The position numbers and the translations under genes were made by a program. From positions 1 through 34,808 of the IMG/VR virus record IMGVR_UViG_3300037961_002649: a stretch of DNA of 34,808 nucleotides; one strand, 5' to 3'. Source of the DNA: a virus. Lineage: Duplodnaviria; Caudoviricetes. The number at the start of each line of letters is the position of its first letter. Position 1 is the first letter of the stretch. The notes beneath the pieces were generated by a model that was given only the letters and a program-made list of their open reading frames with translations, did no database searches and had not been told where the DNA came from. Below are positions 7,382-15,443 of the stretch, in pieces.

Positions 7382-8274
7382 GGGGCGATTATATAAGTAT
7401 ACAAAGACAAATTAGAAAACATTGGTTATGGGAAGAAAAACGACCCAGGACCAAGTACGAAGCTTGGACCGATATGCTAATGATGGCTAATTATAAAACC
7501 ATAAAAAAACCATACAATGACCAGATAGTTACGATACAAAGAGGCGAGTTTCCTACCAGCTATCGATCACTGGCCTTGAGATGGGGGTGGAGCAAAAATA
7601 CCGTAGTTAAATTCATAAAACTGCTAAAATCTGACACAATGATTGACACACATAGCAATTATGGGTTTACCCTCGTGAAAATCATTAATTATGAGAAATA
7701 TCAGAGCCAGGCTGACACAGACCCTGGTACAGTAGGTAACACAGTAGCTGACACAGTAGGTGACACAGTAGGTGGTACTACTATAATAAAGAATAATAAA
7801 GATAATAAAGAAAATAAGTTTAGGGCCAAGCCCAAAAACCTGGAAATGGTTGTAGAATACTTTTTGGAAAAAAACATTCCAGATGCTGAAAACAATGCAG
7901 AAAAGTTTTACAGTCATTATGAATCGGTTGGCTGGTTTAGAGGTAAGTCCAAAATCAAGAATTGGAAGATGTGCGTAAAGCAATGGAACTTCCAGGCAGA
8001 GGTTAAACAAGTCCAGGAAAAGTCAATATCTGTTGAGCATCAGTATAAAAAAACACCCCTGGGTGAGTTTATGGTATTTTGCCAGAATGTAAAATGCAAG
8101 TCCTATGGTGATACTTTGTTTGCCAAAAACAAATTTGATATACAAAAGGGTTGCCGATGTGGCTACGAGTATCAACCTATCAGGCCAAAAAAAAATCCAC
8201 AGCCAAAAACCAAACAGCTATCCGATCAACAGATCCTGGAAAAGATTGGTTTTAACATGAAAACCGTAACATGA
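7378..8274 (+). CDS. Phage replication initiator (lambda O / replisome-organiser type) with C-terminal Cys cluster
   Basis: IQRGEFPTSYRSLALRWGWS wHTH, IINYEKYQ, Thr-rich iteron linker, AEKFYSHYESVGW...KIKNWK domain, CQNVKC...CRC. Confidence 0.85.
   Translation: MRGDYISIQRQIRKHWLWEEKRPRTKYEAWTDMLMMANYKTIKKPYNDQIVTIQRGEFPTSYRSLALRWGWSKNTVVKFIKLLKSDTMIDTHSNYGFTLVKIINYEKYQSQADTDPGTVGNTVADTVGDTVGGTTIIKNNKDNKENKFRAKPKNLEMVVEYFLEKNIPDAENNAEKFYSHYESVGWFRGKSKIKNWKMCVKQWNFQAEVKQVQEKSISVEHQYKKTPLGEFMVFCQNVKCKSYGDTLFAKNKFDIQKGCRCGYEYQPIRPKKNPQPKTKQLSDQQILEKIGFNMKTVT
7711..7818 (+). repeat. Replication origin: 12-bp iterons followed by AT-rich 9-bp repeats
   Basis: GCTGACACAGAC, CCTGGTACAGTA, GGTAACACAGTA, GCTGACACAGTA, GGTGACACAGTA, GGTGGTACTACT, then ATAATAAAG-type repeats, inside the initiator gene as in lambdoid origins. 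Confidence 0.8.
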
Positions 8275-8531
8275 GCGACATCATTGAACACATTCTTAAT
8301 CGAACCGATGATAAGGCTATACGCAATGCTGTTAGCAGTGCCAAGAAGAAAAAAAACTGGAAGGGAGTCACAGCCGATGACCTGGTTAAAGTATGTCCAG
8401 ATTGCCAAAAAGCCTGGGAGCCAAACAAATACGACAGGAAGGTTACAACCAGGGGAAACATTTTTTATTACGAAGGATTTGTTACCTACAAAAAACCGAG
8501 ACAAATATGTCCAAACTGTAAGGAGAAGTAA
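8271..8531 (+). CDS. Zinc-ribbon protein
   Basis: CPDC...CPNC; ATGA coupling. Confidence 0.75.
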   Translation: MSDIIEHILNRTDDKAIRNAVSSAKKKKNWKGVTADDLVKVCPDCQKAWEPNKYDRKVTTRGNIFYYEGFVTYKKPRQICPNCKEK

Positions 8532-8780
8532 ATGAGAAAACCACATTCAAAAAAAAGAAAGAAGTTTCAAAAAAAATACATAGATATGTTAATACATAGT
8601 ATGCCAATTCATCAACTGGTTAGTGAATATAAAATACTTACTCGAATGAATTTATATCGTCTTTCTGATAGGGAATTTATAGAAATGCTAACGGACATGG
8701 AGACAATAGACGGAATACATAGCATTGGTCAATGGTATGATTTTCAAAAATTTGTTAAGTATGTAGAGGGGGAAAAATGA
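8532..8780 (+). CDS. Hypothetical protein with basic N-terminus
   Basis: 82 aa, AAGGAG RBS. Confidence 0.7.
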   Translation: MRKPHSKKRKKFQKKYIDMLIHSMPIHQLVSEYKILTRMNLYRLSDREFIEMLTDMETIDGIHSIGQWYDFQKFVKYVEGEK

Positions 8781-8917
8781 GATATTACTGGGAAGCATTG
8801 TTTAGCGTAGAGTATTTCCCGTACTGGGAGTTTACAATGATTATGATATTGTTTTTGAATTGCAGTGCATTGTATAGACTACACAGGATTGAAAATAAAA
8901 TTAATGAAAAAAGATAA
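8777..8917 (+). CDS. 46-aa aromatic membrane protein (MRYYWEALFSVEYFPYWEFTMIMILFLN...)
   Basis: AGGGGG RBS, ATGA overlap, one TM helix; translated by hand. Confidence 0.65.
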   Translation: MRYYWEALFSVEYFPYWEFTMIMILFLNCSALYRLHRIENKINEKR

Positions 8918-9065
8918 CTCTGTATGGATTTGTACGCCAAAAGGTGCATTGGTAAAGGCATTCTACAGCTTCCAGGAAGCATTTATTAAATCATACACCA
9001 GAGGTGGGGTAGTTGAGTTAAGAAAATGGGGGTGGGATATTGAAAAACGATATAAAAAATCATAG
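8904..9065 (+). CDS. Hypothetical protein, 53 aa
   Basis: ATG at 8904 within the 8865-9065 ORF, overlapping previous gene end. Confidence 0.5.
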   Translation: MKKDNSVWICTPKGALVKAFYSFQEAFIKSYTRGGVVELRKWGWDIEKRYKKS

Positions 9066-9066
9066 A

Positions 9067-9100
9067 AAATTTGCATCTGGTTGCTCACTATTTTGAATTT
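9067..9100 (+). promoter_or_regulatory. Putative late promoter motif, copy 1
   Basis: AAATTTGC-N3-TGGTTGCT-N5-TTT-N-GAAWTT, 24/34 identical to 31244-31277; precedes packaging operon. Confidence 0.6.
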
Positions 9101-9110
9101 TGACATACAA

Positions 9111-9275
9111 ATGAATGAACTTTTTTATTTAGTAGTGCAGGGAACGATTACCCTTTTTGCATTTTACATGGGGGCCTGGGTGTATCATAGAGGACAGACA
9201 AACAGGTCCCTCTCTCCTTCCATAGACCTTAACAAGACTGAACCAGAGGAACAACCGAATTGGGACCAGGTGTAA
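9111..9275 (+). CDS. Small membrane protein, 54 aa
   Basis: MNELFYLVVQGTITLFAFYMGAWVY TM segment; ATG about 10 nt after the promoter motif. Confidence 0.6.
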   Translation: MNELFYLVVQGTITLFAFYMGAWVYHRGQTNRSLSPSIDLNKTEPEEQPNWDQV

Positions 9276-9397
9276 GTATTGATGTTGAGTACGCATTTGA
9301 TGACTTTGATGACATCCAGCTTCTCTGGGCACATTTGGCTGTAAGTGCTATGCGTTTTGGTTACTATCCAGCAGAGGTGATCATTGGCTACAGCTAA
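9260..9397 (+). CDS. Hypothetical protein, 45 aa (MGPGVSIDVEYAFDDFDDIQLLWAHL...)
   Basis: TTG start with GAGGA upstream; bridges the gap to small terminase. Confidence 0.45.
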   Translation: MGPGVSIDVEYAFDDFDDIQLLWAHLAVSAMRFGYYPAEVIIGYS

Positions 9398-9770
9398 ACT
9401 GAATACAAAGCAAAAAATGTTTTGCAAGGAGTATCTAATTGATTTGAATGCTACACAGGCCTGTATTCGGTCAGGATACAGCGAAAAAACTGCAAAGGAA
9501 ATGGGATACGAAAACCTCACAAAACCTCACATACAGGCAGAAATACAGCGGTTAAAAGGTGAAAGAGAGAAGAGAATACAATTAACAGCAGATAAAGTCC
9601 TGGAAGATATAGAAAGAGTACGCAAGAAGGCCGAAGGAAGTGAACAGTATACAGTCAGCTTGAAAGCAAGTGAACTCCAGGGCAAACACCTGGCAATGTT
9701 TACAGAAAAGCACAAGGTAGATGGCGAGATCAAGATGCCAGTTGTACAGATAGAGTTAGCCGATGTCTAA
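9384..9770 (+). CDS. terS: Terminase small subunit
   Basis: LNTKQKMFCKEYLIDLNATQACIRSGYSEKTA...ENLTKPHIQAEI (Terminase_2 HTH). Confidence 0.95.
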   Translation: MATAKLNTKQKMFCKEYLIDLNATQACIRSGYSEKTAKEMGYENLTKPHIQAEIQRLKGEREKRIQLTADKVLEDIERVRKKAEGSEQYTVSLKASELQGKHLAMFTEKHKVDGEIKMPVVQIELADV

Positions 9771-11073
9771 AATAAAACTAAACCTAAACCAAGCAAGATT
9801 TATGAACTGCCAGGATCAGGTAATTGCTTTTTTTGGTGGCATCGGTAACGGGAAAACCTTTGCAGGAATATTAAAAGGCATAACACGAGTCCTGGATCCA
9901 AAACAAAAGCCACAATTAGGCATGATAGCCAGGCAAACCTACCCAGAATTACGAGACAGTACGCAACGTACTTTTTTTGAATTATTACACTTATGTGGAT
10001 TCCTTCCAGGTGTGCATTATGAATACAAAAAGCAGGAAAATAGGTGCATCTTTGCCAACGGGCATGAGATTATATTTAGATCCCTGGATGATCCAGCAAA
10101 GCTGTTATCCATTAATTTAGGCTGGTTTTACATAGACCAGGCTGAAGAGGTATCCGAAGAGGTATTTCTTACGTTATTAGGTCGTTTAAGGGCGGTATCC
10201 ACTCCGCAATGCTGGATCACAGGTAACCCATTAGGGCATAACTGGGTCTGGCATCGATTTATCCATGATCCCGTACCAGGGAATACCATGTTTAATGCCA
10301 AGACAGAAGAGAACATAAAGAACCTACCAGAAGGGTATGTAGATAGCTTAAAGAACAATTACAATGACATATGGGTTAATCGTTATTTATACGGATCCTG
10401 GGATGCTTTTGAAGGACAAATATATCCTGATTTCGAGCCCAGTGTACACATCGTACCTGATTTTAGTCCTGATCCAGGCTGGAGAAGATTTATAGCCATT
10501 GATCATGGGCGTACAAACCCTACAGCTATCTTGTGGGGTGCAGTAGACCAGGATGATAAGATCTGGATATATAGAGAGCATTACGAAGCTGGGCATGATG
10601 TAGACTATCATGCAAGAATGTGTAAGGCATATCTCAACGAAGGTAAGTACGAAACCTATGTGATTGACCCGTCTACAGGTGCAGGAAAAAAGGATGATCC
10701 AGAAACCATAGGCAATAGGTATAGACAACTGGGTATTCCTGTGATCAATGCAAACAACGATGTCCAGGGTGGTATAGACAAAGTGACAGAGTATATCAAG
10801 AACAATAAGATATTTATTACCCGTAGCTGTGAGAATCTAAAGCGTGAGATGACAAACTATCAGTGGGAACAGCCAAGTGCATCCAGGATAGACCTTAATC
10901 AGCCAGAGAAACCACTAAAGAAAGACGATCACGCAGTGGATAGTTTACGGTATTTAGTTGGCGAGGTGGTCAAAAGCAGTAAGAAGCCAGATACCCGTAC
11001 AGATACACAAAGATTTATTGACAAGATTATCGTGGATGTAGACCAAACACAGCCACAATGGGACAATATCTAA
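9763..11073 (+). CDS. terL: Terminase large subunit (PBSX-like)
   Basis: Walker A GGIGNGKT, Walker B WFYIDQAEE, TGNP coupling motif, RNase H-like IDHG...DDHAVDSLRY. Confidence 0.95.
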   Translation: MSKIKLNLNQARFMNCQDQVIAFFGGIGNGKTFAGILKGITRVLDPKQKPQLGMIARQTYPELRDSTQRTFFELLHLCGFLPGVHYEYKKQENRCIFANGHEIIFRSLDDPAKLLSINLGWFYIDQAEEVSEEVFLTLLGRLRAVSTPQCWITGNPLGHNWVWHRFIHDPVPGNTMFNAKTEENIKNLPEGYVDSLKNNYNDIWVNRYLYGSWDAFEGQIYPDFEPSVHIVPDFSPDPGWRRFIAIDHGRTNPTAILWGAVDQDDKIWIYREHYEAGHDVDYHARMCKAYLNEGKYETYVIDPSTGAGKKDDPETIGNRYRQLGIPVINANNDVQGGIDKVTEYIKNNKIFITRSCENLKREMTNYQWEQPSASRIDLNQPEKPLKKDDHAVDSLRYLVGEVVKSSKKPDTRTDTQRFIDKIIVDVDQTQPQWDNI

Positions 11074-11351
11074 TGTCGGTTACGTACAGAGGAGAAACCT
11101 TTCCAGGGTACAACAAACCGAAGCGATATACAGGGCCAGGAAGATTTAAGAAGCGAGTCCTTGCAAAGAAAGGTGACAAAGTGAAGATCGTAAACTATGG
11201 TCACAAGAGTTATCGACATAACTACAGTGCAAAGGCTCGAGATAATTACTTAAAGCGATCAGCAGGAATTAAAAACAAAAGTGGACAGAGTACAGCTAAA
11301 GACATCTTTAGCCCTAATTACTGGTCCAGAAAGGATCTATGGAATGCCTAA
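11073..11351 (+). CDS. Small basic protein (VKIVNYG...YLKRSAGIK...SPNYWSRKDLW family)
   Basis: TAATG-coupled to terL; K/R-rich; motif resembles small basic proteins of marine phages and giant viruses. Confidence 0.75.
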   Translation: MSVTYRGETFPGYNKPKRYTGPGRFKKRVLAKKGDKVKIVNYGHKSYRHNYSAKARDNYLKRSAGIKNKSGQSTAKDIFSPNYWSRKDLWNA

Positions 11352-11499
11352 ACATAAACCATTTTGGGAACAGAAGAATCCCAAGAAGAAAAGCAAGAAA
11401 CTAACACCAGCACAAAAAAGATATGCGAAGTCATTAGCACAAAAGGCTGGTAGACCATATCCAAATCTTATAGACAACGCCAGAGCATCCAGAGCGTAG
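11344..11499 (+). CDS. Small basic protein, 51 aa (...KKLTPAQKRYAK...AGRPYPNLIDN)
   Basis: ATG at 11344 with AAGGA upstream; K-rich. Confidence 0.7.
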   Translation: MPKHKPFWEQKNPKKKSKKLTPAQKRYAKSLAQKAGRPYPNLIDNARASRA

Positions 11500-11501
11500 C
11501 T

Positions 11502-11720
11502 ATGGAAAAAGCAAAATATGGTAAAGCAATGGTTGCCAAGAACAAAAAGACCTTGAAAGGTGTGTCTTTGATGGGTTTATCTCCTGAACAGGTAGATATG
11601 ATGCTAAAACATTCTGTGCATCACAGTAAAAAACATTTACGAGAGATGCGTAACGCAATGCAGGATGGCAAGTCATTTGACCAGGCACATAAAATTGCAC
11701 AAAGTAAGGTAGGTAAGTAA
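11502..11720 (+). CDS. Small basic His-rich protein (HSVHHSKKH...SFDQAHKIAQSKVGK)
   Basis: 72 aa, coupled to portal start. Confidence 0.75.
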   Translation: MEKAKYGKAMVAKNKKTLKGVSLMGLSPEQVDMMLKHSVHHSKKHLREMRNAMQDGKSFDQAHKIAQSKVGK

Positions 11721-13615
11721 TGGCTGGTATGGATTATATGCCAGAAAAACAGCAAGATGTGCTGAATGAAGTAGCAGATATTGCAGAACGTATACCACAA
11801 ATACGATCCTGGTTAGACAAATCAAAGAAAGCAAGAGAGAAACAGACCGATAGATGGCGTAAAAACGAGCGATTGTACTATGGTAGACACTGGGCAAGTC
11901 CAAGCAAAGGCACAGAAAGCCAGTCCAGGATGATATTTAACTTTCCATTAGCTGTTGTAGAGACGATTTTACCTGTTATTAGCGACTTTCAGCCTACGAT
12001 TGATGTCATGCCCAGGGAAAAAAACGATGTATTCTTTGCTGATATGATGCAAAAAAGGTTCCAGCAGATTGTAGAAGAGACAGATTTATACAATAAAATT
12101 ATTATGGCTGTAAAGGATAGCCTGATTTATAGCAATGGATTCCTGCAAATTATACCAGAAGTGTCCGATATGGGCGTATTTAAGGGCTTTGACATCCAGG
12201 TAATTGATCCATTTAGTGTTATGCCACATCCGTTTGCAACAGAATTGGATTTGAAGCGAGGTGAATACTTTTTGTTTGCTGTTCCAATGGAAACCAGCAG
12301 AATAGAGCGTGAATTTGGTATAAAAACAGGTGGCGATGGCAAACTAAACGATTATAGATCCTATCAACAGGCAAATGACAACGGGGGAATCGAAAGCTAC
12401 CAGGTAGAAAGTGAATACGATATGGCCCTGGTTATAGAATGTTATAGCAATGAAGCCGATAAAGAAAAATATCCAAATGGTAGGCATACAGTTATTGTTG
12501 ATGATAAGCTAATTGTCGATGAACCATTAGAATTATACAGGATGCCAGTGTTTATGGTATCTAATTACAAGAGCCCACACAACTTTTGGGGTATTGGCGA
12601 GACAGAACTGGTGCGTACCCAGACCAAAGCAATTAACGAAACCTTTAGTGCAATCAATGAGAATATACGCAAGGTAGGTTTTCCAATTCGTAAGGTAACG
12701 CAACGAGCCAAAGGACAGATGGTAAGACCAATTACAGGGGCTCCTGGTGAAGAAATAACTGTAGTAGAGCCTGGAGATGTTACATTTGAGATGCCACCAC
12801 CAATTCCAGGATATATCCAGGGCTACATTAATCAGGTCGCACAGTATATGGAATCCATTACAGGTGTCAATGATGTTACCCAGGGTCGTAGACCTGGAGG
12901 AGTTTCATCAGGTAGGGCGATTGTTGCATTGCAGGAAGCCAGTCAGACCAGGCAAAGATTTAAAATTAACAAAGAAGTAGGAAGGCTTACCAAAGAAATA
13001 GGCGAATACATGGTGCAAATGATCCTGACCTATGACGAAGAGATAAAGTCCATTAGAGAGCGTGATGCAGAGGGTGCATTTAGCTTTGTAGAGTACAATC
13101 CTACAGCAGTATTTGATGCCGATGGTAATATGGAAGGTACACCAGAGTTTGATCCTGGTACAGCCAAGCGAATGATCGATAGCGAGTTTGACATTGAGGT
13201 TGCCACAGGATCCAGGTTTGCCCAGGGTCGTGTAGCCAATGAAGAACGAGCATTGGAGTTGTTCCAGTTAGGTGTATATGGCATCGAAGAAGTAGTAAAT
13301 GCCTTGAATGTGCCTGATAAACAGCAGATCATACAAAACTTTTATGTTAGAAATCAGCAAATGTCACCACAACAGCAAGTACAGCAAGTGGAACAGATAC
13401 AACAGCAGTTTACAGGTGCAGTACAACAGTTGTTAGCTGAAGGTCCAGGAGGACCAGCAGAAGAAATGGTGGCACAAATGATTATCGAGAATCCAACACT
13501 AACAGAAACCGAAGATTTTCAGTCCATTCCAAGAGAAATACAGGATAGGATTATAACCGTAGCAGGATTGGTTGGTGGGCAGGAGGATCCAGAAATGGAA
13601 CAACCCAGGGCTTGA
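11720..13615 (+). CDS. Portal protein (P22-like)
   Basis: 631 aa after terminase; FWGIGETELV, ESITGVNDVTQGRRPGGVSSGRAI, FDIEVATGS motifs. Confidence 0.9.
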   Translation: MAGMDYMPEKQQDVLNEVADIAERIPQIRSWLDKSKKAREKQTDRWRKNERLYYGRHWASPSKGTESQSRMIFNFPLAVVETILPVISDFQPTIDVMPREKNDVFFADMMQKRFQQIVEETDLYNKIIMAVKDSLIYSNGFLQIIPEVSDMGVFKGFDIQVIDPFSVMPHPFATELDLKRGEYFLFAVPMETSRIEREFGIKTGGDGKLNDYRSYQQANDNGGIESYQVESEYDMALVIECYSNEADKEKYPNGRHTVIVDDKLIVDEPLELYRMPVFMVSNYKSPHNFWGIGETELVRTQTKAINETFSAINENIRKVGFPIRKVTQRAKGQMVRPITGAPGEEITVVEPGDVTFEMPPPIPGYIQGYINQVAQYMESITGVNDVTQGRRPGGVSSGRAIVALQEASQTRQRFKINKEVGRLTKEIGEYMVQMILTYDEEIKSIRERDAEGAFSFVEYNPTAVFDADGNMEGTPEFDPGTAKRMIDSEFDIEVATGSRFAQGRVANEERALELFQLGVYGIEEVVNALNVPDKQQIIQNFYVRNQQMSPQQQVQQVEQIQQQFTGAVQQLLAEGPGGPAEEMVAQMIIENPTLTETEDFQSIPREIQDRIITVAGLVGGQEDPEMEQPRA

Positions 13616-13654
13616 GTTGAGTTTATTCTTGCCCATCAATATACAGGAAACAAT

Positions 13655-13876
13655 ATGCCAAAAATAAAACAAAAAGGAAAAACAAAAAAGTTTAAGTACA
13701 CGAAAGCAGGAATAGAGGCTTATAAAAAAGCAATGTCAAAAATTACAGGTAATAAAACTGTAAAAACAGATAGTACGTTAAAGTCACCTGGTGATATGTC
13801 TCCTGCTGAATTTAATGCTTGGAAATTAAATAGAATGAAAAAGGGAAAAATGAGAACTGCTCCCTCTAAAAAATAA
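13655..13876 (+). CDS. Small very basic protein
   Basis: MPKIKQKGKTKKFKYTKAGIEAYKKAM; AGGA RBS. Confidence 0.7.
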   Translation: MPKIKQKGKTKKFKYTKAGIEAYKKAMSKITGNKTVKTDSTLKSPGDMSPAEFNAWKLNRMKKGKMRTAPSKK

Positions 13877-13877
13877 T

Positions 13878-13961
13878 ATGAAGTACAAAAAAAGCAAAGC
13901 AAAGAAAAAGAAAGGCTACAAGGCGTATAAAAAAGCCATGTACAAGTCTGCAAAATATTAG
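13878..13961 (+). CDS. 27-aa protamine-like peptide MKYKKSKAKKKKGYKAYKKAMYKSAKY
   Basis: Starts 1 nt after previous stop, TAG overlaps next GTG; 13 Lys and 5 Tyr. Confidence 0.6.
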   Translation: MKYKKSKAKKKKGYKAYKKAMYKSAKY

Positions 13962-14473
13962 TGATTAGACAAATACAAGGCATACTTACACCCGATGAAG
14001 CACAAAAAGTCAAGGAATACGGGAAAACAGGGGCTATGATTTCTGATTTTAGTCACGAAATTGTCCAAAAAGTGGCAAATGCGTACCAAAAAGAGGTCGA
14101 TGGCCATGAGTTTGTATTAAAATCTCCCAGCTATTGGCGAATTGAGACACGACCAAAAGGCCACGAATGGCATTTTGATGGATGTAAGCTAATTAATGGT
14201 GAGTTTGTAGACAATCATATGGCCTGGTGTCAGTATGGTACGACAGTATCCTTATCCAGGTCCGATGAATATACGGGTGGTAAAATATATTTTGAGATAG
14301 ATGGAGAACCGACAGAAGTCAAAGACCATTATTTAAAGGGTGTGTGTTATACAGCAGGAAAATTCAATAACCCTGTAAGGCACATGGTAGAGCCACATAA
14401 AGGAAATAGAACGGTTTTACTCATGTTCTTTGCAACCAAACCAGTGTCGCAAGACCAACTGAAAGGAATATAA
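13961..14473 (+). CDS. 2OG-Fe(II) oxygenase (prolyl-hydroxylase-like)
   Basis: WHFD (HxD), YTGGKIYF, HMVEP...R facial triad and 2OG-binding Arg. Confidence 0.85.
   Translation: MIRQIQGILTPDEAQKVKEYGKTGAMISDFSHEIVQKVANAYQKEVDGHEFVLKSPSYWRIETRPKGHEWHFDGCKLINGEFVDNHMAWCQYGTTVSLSRSDEYTGGKIYFEIDGEPTEVKDHYLKGVCYTAGKFNNPVRHMVEPHKGNRTVLLMFFATKPVSQDQLKGI
14442..14461 (+). promoter_or_regulatory. GNRA-capped hairpin abutting the scaffold RBS
   Basis: CAGT-GTC-GCAA-GAC-CA-ACTG followed directly by AAAGGA. Confidence 0.4.
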
Positions 14474-14475
14474 TC

Positions 14476-15423
14476 ATGGCAGAAGTAAATGTAACAGGTA
14501 CAACAACTTTAAACGTAACACCAGAATCCGAGCAGATTACCATTGGTAATAGTAGCGTGGAAGCAAGTGAACAGGTAGCACCAGCAGGATCAGGTAGCTA
14601 TCACGAAATTTCGATTCCTGATGAACTCTTTCAAGAGCAATCAACCCAGGAGTCCGATACAGAACAGGCTGTGACCACAGAGTCAAAAGAACCAGCCGAA
14701 ACACAAGAAGCTGAACAAGAAGTATCAGACAGTGAACCAGAGCAAACCGAAGCGGTTAGTGAACCAACAGATGAAGATGACAAATACGTTTACGAAACAG
14801 AAGATGGCTCCAGGTATACATTGGATGATGTAGAAACATGGCGTAAAGATTCGCTTAACAGGCATGACTGGTCTAAATCCAATACGGAAAAAGCCCAGCA
14901 GTTGGCAGATCAAAGAAGAGCAGTAGAGCCATTAGTTCAGCTTATAGAAAAGATCAAGGAAAATGGAGATTTCACCGAAACATTGCGAGAAGCAATCGAG
15001 GATGAAATAGGAAAAGAAGCAGGGCAACTCTTTCAAGACTCCCTATCAATGGAAAATACAGAACTCCCGAATCCTTATCAGGACCAACTGCTCGAAGCAG
15101 AGGAACGATTGGCTACGATTGAAGCAGAGCGAGAACTGGATAACAGTTTAATACAACTACAAAACACCTTTTCATTGACGAGTGAACAGGCAGATGATGT
15201 GTTGGCCTTTGCAATCAAAGTACATGAGGACACAGATCGGTTACTTACCCTGGAAGAAGCATACAAAGTGATGAATTTCGACAAGGTAAAAGCTGAACCT
15301 GTAGCTGAAAAACCAAAGCCAAATGTTCCTGTAAACATAACAAAAAATGCTGGTGTCAAAGAGTCTGCAAGTAAGCCGAAAACTTACGCAGATATTGATG
15401 TCGCATCATTTTTCAATCAATAA
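14476..15423 (+). CDS. Capsid scaffolding protein
   Basis: Highly acidic disordered N-terminus plus coiled coil, immediately before capsid gene. Confidence 0.8.
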   Translation: MAEVNVTGTTTLNVTPESEQITIGNSSVEASEQVAPAGSGSYHEISIPDELFQEQSTQESDTEQAVTTESKEPAETQEAEQEVSDSEPEQTEAVSEPTDEDDKYVYETEDGSRYTLDDVETWRKDSLNRHDWSKSNTEKAQQLADQRRAVEPLVQLIEKIKENGDFTETLREAIEDEIGKEAGQLFQDSLSMENTELPNPYQDQLLEAEERLATIEAERELDNSLIQLQNTFSLTSEQADDVLAFAIKVHEDTDRLLTLEEAYKVMNFDKVKAEPVAEKPKPNVPVNITKNAGVKESASKPKTYADIDVASFFNQ

Positions 15424-15443
15424 CCGTAATAAGGAGTTAGAAT

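Noticed and set aside
7711-7782. CRISPR-like or mini-array
   Set aside because: Contiguous 12-bp units with no spacers, in frame within the initiator; these are iterons
9067-9100. Sigma54 promoter (TGG...TTGC)
   Set aside because: GG and GC are far closer than the required -24/-12 spacing
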